The position numbers and the translations under genes are program-made. From Torpedo marmorata (taxonomy: Eukaryota), in assembly GCA_977017645.1 (NCBI GenBank), contig OZ360221.1:203422001-203486000 (forward strand): 64,000 nucleotides of DNA. The letters are read 5' to 3'. The notes beneath the pieces were generated by a model, which saw only the letters and a program-made list of their open reading frames with translations, did not search any database and was not told the origin of the DNA. Below, in pieces: positions 36,933 to 46,686 of the stretch (positions are counted from its first letter, which is position 1; every line of letters starts with the position of its first letter).

Positions 36933-39900
36933 ACCATATAACCATATAACATTTACAGCACAGAAACAGGCCAGTTCGGCCCTTCGAGTCCATGCCGAAC
37001 ACATTCTCCCACCTAGTCCCACTGACCCACACCCGGCCCATAACCCTCCACACTTCTCTCGTCCATACACCTATCCAACTTTTCCTTAAACATTAAAATT
37101 GAACCTGAATCTACCACTTCGGCCGGAAGCTCGTTCCACCCTCCTACCACCCTCTGAGTGAATAAATTCCCCCTCATGTTTCCTCTAAACTTTTCCCCCT
37201 TCAATCTCAATCCATGCCCTCTTGTTTGAATCTTCCCCTCTCTCAATGGAAAAAGCCTGTCCACATTGACTCTATCTGTCCCCTTCATAATTTTAAATAC
37301 CTCTATCAAATCACCCCTCAACCTTCTACGCTCCAGGGAATAAAGTCCCAACCTGTTCAACCTTTCCCTATAACTCAAACCCAGAAACCCAGGCAACATT
37401 CTTGTAAATCTCCTCTGCACTCTCTTTATTCTGTTTATATCCTTCCTGTAATTCGGTGACCAAAACTGCGCACAATATTCCAAATTTGGCCTCACCAATG
37501 CCTTATACAACTTCAACATGACATCCCAACTCCTATATTCAATACTCTGATTTATGAAGGCCAACATACCAAATGCCTTCTTCACCACCTTATCTACGTA
37601 TGACTCAACTTTCAGGGAATTATGTACCAGAATTCCTAAATCCCTCTGTTCTACTGCACTTCTCAATTGTCTTCCATTTAACATGTATGACCTTTGCTGA
37701 TTAATCCTACCAAAATGTAGCATCTCACATTTATCAGTATTAAATTCCATCTGCCATGTTTCCGCCCACTCTTCTAACTGACCAATATCCCCCTGCAAGC
37801 TTTGATATCCTTCTTCACTGTCCACAACACCACCAATCTTCGTATCATCTGCATACTTAATAATCCAATTTACCACCCTATCATCTAGATCATTAATATA
37901 TATGATAAACAACAATGGACCCAGTACCGATCCCTGAGGCACTCCACTAGTCACCGGCCTCCAATTTGACAAACAATTTTCCACCACTACTCTCTGGCAT
38001 CTCCTATCCAACCATTGTTGAATCCATTTCACTACTTCGTCGTTAATACCTAATGCTTGAACCTTCCTAACGAGCCTCTTATGCGGAACCTTGTCAAGTG
38101 CCTTACTAAAGTCCATATAGACAACATCCACAGCCTTCCCCTCGTCAACCCTCTGAGTAACCACATCAAAAAACTCTATGAGATTTGTCAAACATGATCT
38201 ACCACGAACAAAACCGTGTTGACTACTCCTAATCAATGCTTGTCTTTCCAAATAACTGTATACACCATCTCCAAGAACACTCTCCATTAATTTACCTACT
38301 ACTGATGTCAGACTCACAGGCCTATAATTTCCAGGTTTACTTTTGGAGCCCTTCTTAAACAGCGGGACAACATGAGCTACCCTCCAATCCTCTGGCACCC
38401 TCCCCACCCCCCCACCCCGTGGCCAGTGACATTTTAAATATTTTTGTCAGAGCCCCCACTATTTGTACACTAACCTCCCTCAGGGTCCTCGGGAATATCC
38501 TGTCAGGACCTGGAGATTTATCCACCTTTATACTCTTTAAAATAGCCAATACTACCTCCTCATTAATCTTTATATTATCCATGACCTCCCTGCCAGATTG
38601 CCTTACTTCACCTGGCTCAATATTCCTTTCCTTTGTAAATACTGAAGAAAAAAATTCATTTAAAATCTCCCCCATCTCCTCTGACTTCTCACATAGCCTA
38701 CCCGTCTGATCCTCAATGGGCCCAATTTTATCCCTCACTATTCTTTTGCTTTTAATGTACCTGTAGAAACTCTTTGGATTTATTTTTACCTTGCCTGCCA
38801 AAGCAGCCTCATATCTCCTTTTAGCCTTTCTAATTTCTTTCTTAAGATATTTTTACACTCCTTATATTCCTCAAGGACCTCATCTATTCCCTGCTGTCTA
38901 TACCTGTTGTACACATCCCTCTTCCTCCAAACCAAATTCCCAATATCCTTTGAAAACCAAGGCTCCCTATATTTTCTAACTCTTCCTTTAATCCTCAAAG
39001 GGACGAACCGACTCTGTACTCTCAAGATTTCCCCTTTGAATATCCTCCATTTATCTGTGACATCCTTTCCTAAAAATAAATTATCCCAATCCACACCCTC
39101 TAAATCCTTCCTCATCTCCTCAAAATTTGCCTTATTCCAATCAATAATCTCCACCTTAGGCCCAGCCCTATCCTTCTCCATTATCAACCTAAAACTAATG
39201 GTATTATGATCACTTGACCCAAAGTGTTCCCCAACACAAACCTCTGTCACCTGACCTATCTCGTTCCCAAATAGGAGATCCAATACTGCCCCCTCTCTCG
39301 TCGGTTCTTCTCTGTATTGGTTTAGAAAACTTTCCTGAACACATTTGACAAACTCCAACCCATCCTGCCCTATTACAGTATGGGCGTCCCAGTCAATATG
39401 TGGAAAGTTAAAATCACCTATAATCACCACCTTATGCTTATTACACATATATTCTATCTCCTTACAAATTTCCTCCTCTAATTCCCTCTGCCCATTCGGT
39501 GGTCTATAATACACTCCCATTAGTGTTTTCATGCCTTTCCCATTCCTCAATTCCACCCAAATAGCCTCACTGGACGAGCCCTCCAATCTATCCTGCCATA
39601 GCACTGCTGTAATGCTTTCTCTAACAAGCACTGCGACCCCTCCACCTTTTATCCCCCCTGTTCTATCACGCCTAAAACAACGGAATCCAGGAATATTTAG
39701 CTGCCAATCACGCCCCTCCTGCAACCAAGTTTCACTGATGGCTACAATATCATATTTCCATGTATCAATCCATACTCTAAGCTGATCCACCTTTCTTATA
39801 ATGCTTCTTGCATTGAAATATATACACTTGAGAGAATGTCCCCCACGTACACTCCTTTGATTACCCTTTCCTTCATTAACTTTAACATTCTGGTTCCTCT

Positions 39901-40094
39901 CTTCCTTCAAATCTAGGTGTTCTTCTACCCTACTCTCCACATTCACATTCTGATTCCCACCCCCCTGCCAAACTAGTTTAAACCCTCCCCAATAGCTCTA
40001 GCAAACCTGCCTGCCAGGATATCGGTCCCCCTCCAGTTCAAGTGCAGCCCGTCCCTTTTGTACAGGTCAGACCTTCCCCAGAAGAGATCCCAAT
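36933..40094 (-). mobile_element. CR1 LINE, 3' part (end of ORF1, ORF2 APE-RT, tail)
   Basis: YFNARSI, AISETWL, IGDFN, KSPGPD, PQGSVLGP, KYADD, RPNLEYCAQFWSP; two frameshifts (~38810, ~38410); tail (GTTATATG)n. Confidence 0.95.
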
Positions 40095-40786
40095 TATAAG
40101 TAACGGTGACTTCGCTCCACCAATAGTCACCTGGAGGCTAAGTGTGGTCCTTGCTTTTGACGCGTTTTATTTAGTTTACTGACAAAGTTCAATATGTTCA
40201 AAAACCTTTATTTTCACACATGACTTGCAGTAATCTTCAATGACTTTAATATAAACAGTTCTTGTAAACGATGTATGATAAGTTCCTTTAAATTATTCCT
40301 TAAACAATTCCAAAACGATATGAAACACTGTAGATGATGTTAAAGTTATAGAAACATTATAAAACGGTATAAAACGGTCAATAAAGATGTGGAGACCAGA
40401 CTCACCCCCCATACATCTCTATCCTTTCTTTGTTCTCTCTCTCCAATGGTTCTGCGCATGCTCCAACGCGCATACTACAATTCCCAGCCTCCCACGCGCA
40501 CTATGACGTCACTCTATACTGCGCATGCGCCCGTCGGCACTCCCGCGCATGCGCATATCAAAGAACGGGCCGACGACGGCCCACAGAACAACGCAAGCGC
40601 TCCAAGGCCCGACGTGGCCTCGGAGCGCGCTGAGGACGGCCCAGTGAACAACGCGAGCGCTCAATGGCCCGACGTGGCCCAGGAGCGCTCCGAGGACGGC
40701 CCACCGAACCACGCGAGCGCTCCAAGGCCCGACGAGACATCGGAGCGCCGCAACAACGGTAAGTTAACGAGCCTACGGCTCTTACA
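40095..40786 (-). repeat. 3' LTR of BEL copy B
   Basis: Same length and sequence as 45484-46175; three ~60-bp CpG-rich tandem units at ~40572-40750. Confidence 0.93.
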
Positions 40787-40982
40787 CCGGCCCCTAATTA
40801 TTATAATTAGACGTAATGTCTTGAATAATAATTACACTATAAATAATAATAACCATAACATTCAAAACAATACAAATCTTCTTTCTTCCTTCTTCATAAA
40901 TCTAGAGTTTACCATAACTCTGATTCAACAAAAGTCTGTAACCTGTGAAATGTACAACAACAAATAAAGTCAGTTTACATTT

Positions 40983-41175
40983 ATCAAAGTTCCTCTGTCT
41001 CCAACAAAAGGCAGACCTGGTTAATAGGTCTGCTTAGAAAACCAGTCTTAGCTTTAATTCGCACTTGACGCACAAGTCCTCTTTGTCTTGAAAAGTCTCA
41101 ATAATCTTTTCCAAGTAACCAGGAATTTCTTGAAGTTGAACCATCCATAACAATCACAATGTCTCTTTAAAGTTC
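40983..41175 (-). pseudogene. BEL integrase C-terminal (DUF5641-like) remnant
   Basis: DIVIVMDGSTSRNSWLLGK...GLVRQVRIKAKTGFLSRPINQVCLLLE, with frameshifts. Confidence 0.8.
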
Positions 41176-41202
41176 TTTTATCTTCACAATCCGAGTCAAA
41201 CG

Positions 41203-41568
41203 TCAACCAGTAAACCTCAAATCCTCCTCAGACAAAATAGATACAGTTTTTCTTTTGAATTTAACACAAGGCACTTCTTCAGCACGTCGTTTCACTTTAT
41301 TCCTTTCTTCAGTATTCCACTTCTCATGTGAAGAATTTAAACTCTTAGAATTAGAATTTGAATATTTATTTGATTCTTTCGATTTTAAACAGGTCTGTTT
41401 AACCACTCTGGTTTCTAATGCTCTTTCCTGCAATTCTAAATCCAATTTCGCAATTTTCAATTCAGTCTCAGCTCCTTCCGAGAAATTAATAATTTGATCT
41501 GAAGTCAAAATATCATATGGTACATTGATATTTCCATTGTCAATCCTGTCGCGACAAACTTGAAATTT
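41203..41568 (-). other. In-frame open continuation after the TAA stop of the fusion ORF (coiled-coil, partly MIPOL1-like)
   Basis: ORF 41203-41508 is in the same frame as 41569-45078, with no stop between; same layout at 15655-16062. Confidence 0.55.
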
Positions 41569-44500
41569 TTAAATTTCTTCGTCTTGCTTGTTACATTTCT
41601 GCAATGCAATCTCACATTCTTTCTGCATTGTTAATTGTTGAACATTCAATTTACATTCTTGATTGGTTTTAAAAGTCAACTGTTTTGTGTTATTAACCAA
41701 TAACTTGATCTCTTTCAAAACATTAATCTCTTCCTCCAACCTTTTACATTTTGATAATGCTGAATCTCTTTCCTCAATAACTGTATTCATTTCTTCAGCA
41801 GTTATTCTTTTCTTCCGCTTTCTGACTTTGCGAGTTTTACTTACAATTAAATCTTTCTGTTTACTGTTTTCTTGTTTATTTAATATTTCCAATTCTCCTT
41901 TCAACATTTTGTTCTCTGAATCATTATTCTTTATTCCATCAGCACAATTTTCTGTGTTCTCCATTTTTACATTACATTGCAATAATTCTTCATTAGCTTT
42001 GTCAATTGTAATATCTGAACTACAAAATCTACATTCAGATTTGTTTTCAGTCACTTGTTTTATTCCTGTATTTGATTCAATTACACATGAATGATCAAAA
42101 GCATTATTTGCAACATCTTCTAATACTTCACTTTCATCCATTTCTGACGAAATTAATTTCTTCAATGTTGTTTCAAATACCACTGATTTATCGTTACATT
42201 GATCTGTTTTCTTTTCTTCATAAGTGATTTTCTTATTCACGGTTTTTTGCTTTTCTCTTAACTCTTCAAATTTCTCAACTGAAATTTTATTAACATTTAT
42301 CGCTACCTGTGCCTGAGCAATATCATTATTTCTTTCCATTGGTCCATTGATTGCCCAACCAAGTATGGTTCTAATAGCGTAAGGTCCATTCCTTTTACTT
42401 TCTATTACTTCTTTTGGTACCAAAACCTTTGGCACATCTGAACCAATCAGCATTTCTATCTCAGAATTAATTTCAGGTAAATAAACCTTCCACAGATAAG
42501 CTAAATGATGGATATCACTTTGATGAGGAATATTTCCTTCGTTCACAGGCATAGTCTTCTGAGTATATACACTTGGAAGATCACAAAATTTTTTGTCATC
42601 CAATCCAGCAACCTCTAAGCCTGAAACAATGTTAGTTTCAACAACCTTTTCTTGTCCCATGGTTTTTAACATAATTCTTGATTTTCTTCCTTGAATATTA
42701 AGTTTATTCATTAGTCCTTCCGTGCAAAAAGATGCAGTGCTACCTGGGTCTAGAAGTGCATATGTTTTTACTATTGCATCCCCTTTCTTGGCCTTAACTT
42801 GTACAGGCACTATTGAAAGTTTGCAGTTATTCACCCCGGCCCCAGTAAGACCACTTGTCTGAACCGAGGTTATAACATTATTTTCTGTTGTTTCCTTTGT
42901 TTCTGTTTGCTCCTTTTCCAATTCCTTGTTTCTGTTATGGATATGCAAAATTCTAGGATGTTTCAAATTGCATATGTCACAATTAATTCGCTTCTCACAG
43001 TTTTTACTGATGTGCCCTTTACACAGACAGCTAAAACATATTCCATTTTCCTTTAAGAAAGCGATCTTTTCCTTATGTTCCTTCTTTTCCAATTGTAAAC
43101 ACATTTCCAAAGCATGTCCACCTTTACAGAACAAACAACTCTTTTCATTAGGCAAACTTTCCTTTTCCTTATTTATTTTGTCCTTTTCTTTACTTATAAC
43201 TTGCACATTAGTAGCAAAAGTACTCCTTTTCACTTTCGGACTAGACTGTGAATTAGACTTCCTTACATCTTTGCTCATTGAATTATCTCTGGTATTTCCA
43301 TATAGTGGATCTGTTTCAACATACACTTGTCGTTCAAGAAAATTTACCAAATCCTTTAAAGTAATTCTTCGACCATAATTTACTTGTAAATCACAAGCCA
43401 AATTTCTCCATCTATCCCATACCTTGTAAGGTAATTTTTCTAAAATGATTCGCATATTACTATGCACTTCAAGCTCACGAATATTATCGATTTCTTCCAT
43501 AGCATTACAACATCCTCTTAAAAACAAAGTATATTCTTGCAAAGCTTTTATATCATTTTGTTTTATTGATGTCCATTTAAGAGCTTTATCCATATAAGCT
43601 AAAGCAATTCGATGTTTGTTGCCAAAATATTGTTCCAATAAAGCCTTAGCTTTGTCTAATCCTCTTCCTGAAGACATTTGGTTACAACTTTTTACCAATT
43701 CTTTTGGATGTCCCTTTGTGAACATTTCCAAATAATAAAGACATTCATCTCGATCTTGGCATTTATCTTCAATATTGCGTTTGAAAGATCTCATAAATGA
43801 TTGATATTGAAGTGGATCACCATTAAAAGTTTGTATCTCTTTCTTGGGTAAAGAAGAGAGAGACTGTAACTGAAACAATGATGCAGCAATTTCATTTTGT
43901 CTTTCCTTGGATGACAATACATTGCTCTGTTCACTGTTTCGTGTTGTATGCAATGTATCTGGAAACCTTACTGGTGTAGTTTCTTCCATATTTCTGATGC
44001 TTGACTCACATAACAAAGAAGCTACTTCGTTCGACCGAACCCAATCTGCAGCTTTGCTTTCAGATGTTACCATTGGTACATGTGACTCGATACCAAAATG
44101 CTCTTGAAAGGTTTGACCTTGTATATGTAAGTTTTGTATCCTTGGTTCTAAAATATCTATCCTTTTGGTTGGTTTCTTTTCCTGTGACTCCTTTTTTAAA
44201 TATGACCTTTTATTATCAGACAATTTAGATGATTTACTGCTAGCACCAGATACCATTGAGCCTTCTGTTGCTTTCTTTTTTGCCTTGGCAATAGCAATGT
44301 TTGCTTCCAGCTCCTGCAGTTCTTTTCTCTGCCTTAGCTGCTCCTTCTCTTGTCTTAGCTGCTCCTCCTTTTGTCTTAGCTGCTCCTTTAGCTGCTTCTC
44401 ATTTTGTCTTAGCTGCTCCTCCTTTTGTCTTAGCTGCTCCTTTAGCTGCTCCTCATTTTGTCTTAGCTGCTCCTTTAGCTGCTCCTCATTTTGTCTTAGC

Positions 44501-45036
44501 TGCTCCTCCTTTTGTCTTAGTTGTTCCTCTTCTTGTTCTAATATAAATTTATCCTTAAGCGTTTTTTGTTGTGCAAGAAGAGCGGCCAAGTCAACTTCAA
44601 TCTTTGTACGTGACGATGTAGAACTTGAAATACGAGAAACTCTGGAGCTCGAACCAGAACTTCTTTTGCTTCTCCTGCTTTCAGCATTTGAGACACTGTC
44701 ACTTGCTTGTATTTCGTCCTGCAGTTCATATGTTGTCTTCATACTTACCTCTTTATCCAATTCAAATTGTTCATCATTTGTTGATACAATTTCAGCCATT
44801 TCCAAGTTATCTTCTTGTTCAAATAATGAAGCTGCCTCTTCATCCTTTGCCTGCTTCAATCTTTCAATAAGAACCTTCTTATTTCCACTTATGTCCTTTT
44901 TCAGTCGCTTCAATTCTTCTTTAATATCCGCAACCTTCATGTCTTCAATACGTTGGTCCTCAACAGCAACATCAGCGGTTGCTGCGTCAGCTGCTGATAA
45001 ATCAGTAGCTGCTGTATCAGTAGCTGCTGCGGCCAT
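41569..45036 (-). CDS. BEL polyprotein: SAP domain, coiled-coil repeats, Gag (DUF1759-like, three zinc knuckles), aspartic protease, captured MIPOL1-like coiled-coil
   Basis: Open 1169-aa frame (likely ATG 45036, context AAAATGG). SAP: MKVADIKEELKRLKKDISGNKKVLIERL. Gag: LPKKEIQTFNGDPLQYQSF, CLFCKGGH, CFSCLCKGH, CDICNLKH. Protease: YALLDPGSTASF, IGSD, GPYAIRTILGW. C-terminus RITAEEMNTVIEERDSALSKCKRLEEE. Confidence 0.9.
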   Translation of the reverse strand: MAAAATDTAATDLSAADAATADVAVEDQRIEDMKVADIKEELKRLKKDISGNKKVLIERLKQAKDEEAASLFEQEDNLEMAEIVSTNDEQFELDKEVSMKTTYELQDEIQASDSVSNAESRRSKRSSGSSSRVSRISSSTSSRTKIEVDLAALLAQQKTLKDKFILEQEEEQLRQKEEQLRQNEEQLKEQLRQNEEQLKEQLRQKEEQLRQNEKQLKEQLRQKEEQLRQEKEQLRQRKELQELEANIAIAKAKKKATEGSMVSGASSKSSKLSDNKRSYLKKESQEKKPTKRIDILEPRIQNLHIQGQTFQEHFGIESHVPMVTSESKAADWVRSNEVASLLCESSIRNMEETTPVRFPDTLHTTRNSEQSNVLSSKERQNEIAASLFQLQSLSSLPKKEIQTFNGDPLQYQSFMRSFKRNIEDKCQDRDECLYYLEMFTKGHPKELVKSCNQMSSGRGLDKAKALLEQYFGNKHRIALAYMDKALKWTSIKQNDIKALQEYTLFLRGCCNAMEEIDNIRELEVHSNMRIILEKLPYKVWDRWRNLACDLQVNYGRRITLKDLVNFLERQVYVETDPLYGNTRDNSMSKDVRKSNSQSSPKVKRSTFATNVQVISKEKDKINKEKESLPNEKSCLFCKGGHALEMCLQLEKKEHKEKIAFLKENGICFSCLCKGHISKNCEKRINCDICNLKHPRILHIHNRNKELEKEQTETKETTENNVITSVQTSGLTGAGVNNCKLSIVPVQVKAKKGDAIVKTYALLDPGSTASFCTEGLMNKLNIQGRKSRIMLKTMGQEKVVETNIVSGLEVAGLDDKKFCDLPSVYTQKTMPVNEGNIPHQSDIHHLAYLWKVYLPEINSEIEMLIGSDVPKVLVPKEVIESKRNGPYAIRTILGWAINGPMERNNDIAQAQVAINVNKISVEKFEELREKQKTVNKKITYEEKKTDQCNDKSVVFETTLKKLISSEMDESEVLEDVANNAFDHSCVIESNTGIKQVTENKSECRFCSSDITIDKANEELLQCNVKMENTENCADGIKNNDSENKMLKGELEILNKQENSKQKDLIVSKTRKVRKRKKRITAEEMNTVIEERDSALSKCKRLEEEINVLKEIKLLVNNTKQLTFKTNQECKLNVQQLTMQKECEIALQKCNKQDEEI

Positions 45037-45483
45037 TTTACTCGTCTTGTTCCTCTTTCCTTCAAGCATACACAACACTAGTCAAACAACAGTCCCCAAT
45101 GGACCAGCGGCAGCAATTCCAATCTGTGTTCTTACTTGCTAAAGATACACAGAAGGAGTCCACAGACTTATGCCTACCACTTCTAATGACTGTAATGTGC
45201 TGCAATCCTTAAACGAGTTTCAACCACAACATCCGTCACTAATATCACTGATTTTCCAAAAATAGTTTCTCCAACGTATTTATAGGACACTTTATTATAA
45301 GATTTGAAGCTTTAAATCCCTCTCTGGCTGTTATTCATGGCAGATGGAAGTGGATTACAAACTGCCCCCAACTCGAGGCATCTCCAAAATGGCCACCAAT
45401 TTATATCAGTCCAAAGCACAGAGAGTTTTTTTCTATCTTCTTTCCTTCAAACTTCTGTTCCAAACAGCCAGCCCTTTATTGAC

Positions 45484-46175
45484 TATAAGTAACGGTGACT
45501 TCGCTCCACCAATAGTCACCTGGAGGCTAAGTGTGGTCCTTGCTTTTGACGCGTTTTATTTAGTTTACTGACAAAGTTCAATATGTTCAAAAACCTTTAT
45601 TTTCACACATGACTTGCAGTAATCTTCAATGACTTTAATATAAACAGTTCTTGTAAACGATGTATGATAAGTTCCTTTAAATTATTCCTTAAACAATTCC
45701 AAAACGATATGAAACACTGTAGATGATGTTAAAGTTATAGAAACATTATAAAACGGTATAAAACGGTCAATAAAGATGTGGAGACCAGACTCACCCCCCA
45801 TACATCTCTATCCTTTCTTTGTTCTCTCTCTCCAATGGTTCTGCGCATGCTCCAACGCGCATACTACAATTCCCAGCCTCCCACGCGCACTATGACGTCA
45901 CTCTATACTGCGCATGCGCCCGTCGGCACTCCCGCGCATGCGCATATCAAAGAACGGGCCGACGACGGCCCACAGAACAACGCAAGCGCTCCAAGGCCCG
46001 ACGTGGCCTCGGAGCGCGCTGAGGACGGCCCAGTGAACAACGCGAGCGCTCAATGGCCCGACGTGGCCCAGGAGCGCTCCGAGGACGGCCCACCGAACCA
46101 CGCGAGCGCTCCAAGGCCCGACGAGACATCGGAGCGCCGCAACAACGGTAAGTTAACGAGCCTACGGCTCTTACA
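45484..46175 (-). repeat. 5' LTR of BEL copy B
   Basis: Minus strand starts TGTAAGAGCC, ends TTACTTATA; several TGCGCATGCGC palindromes. Confidence 0.93.
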
Positions 46176-46686
46176 CCAATGATCCACAAATGTGAACCCC
46201 TGCCCCCAGCACCAACTGTTTAGCCACGCATTCATCCTCCACATCTTCCTATTCCTACCCTCTCTAGCGTGTGGCACAGGCAGCAATCCTGAGATTACCA
46301 CCCTCGAGGTCCTGCTTTTTAACTTCCTTCCTAACTCCTTATATTCCTTCTTCAGGACCTCATTCCCATTTCTTTCTATGTCATTGGTCCCCACGTAGAC
46401 CACGACACCTGGCTGCTCGCCCTCCCCCTCCAGAATGCTGAGTACTCGATCAGAGACATCCCTGACCCTGGCACCCGGAAGGCAACATACCAACCGGGAG
46501 CTCCGATCTTGTCCAGCAAACCTTCTATCTGTTCCTCTAACCAGCGAGTCCCCAATTACAAAAGCTCTCCTCTTTTCCCCCCTTCCCTTCTGAGCCAAGG
46601 GGCCATCCCCGTGCCAGAGACCTGACCCCCGCGACTTGTCCCTTGTAGGTTGTCCCCCCCAACAGTATCCAAAGCAGTATACTTAT
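46176..46686 (-). mobile_element. CR1 LINE, 5' part (ORF1 SGNH esterase)
   Basis: RRAFVIGDSLVRGTDRRF, CCLPGARVRDV, VYVGTND, FVDHW; joins 40094 across the BEL insertion. Confidence 0.92.

Larger units (their letters stand above)
40095..46175 (-). mobile_element. Non-autonomous BEL/Pao LTR retrotransposon, copy B (young, intact ORF)
   Basis: 692-bp LTRs 40095-40786 and 45484-46175, no differences seen; 5-bp TSD CCAAT (40090-40094 / 46176-46180); inserted in CR1 ORF1. Confidence 0.95.

Noticed and set aside
40389-40967. 192-aa ORF with repeated NASAPRPD motifs, duplicated at 45778
   Set aside because: Lies in the LTR tandem repeats, is not conserved in copy A and has no recognisable domain
41203-42250. 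BEL insert as an env gene
   Set aside because: No signal peptide or transmembrane segment; hydrophilic coiled-coil, fused to protease and upstream of the integrase remnant
44165-45142. 325-aa Ser/Cys/Phe-rich ORF (and the 12043-12930 equivalent)
   Set aside because: Antisense shadow of the repetitive Gag coiled-coil
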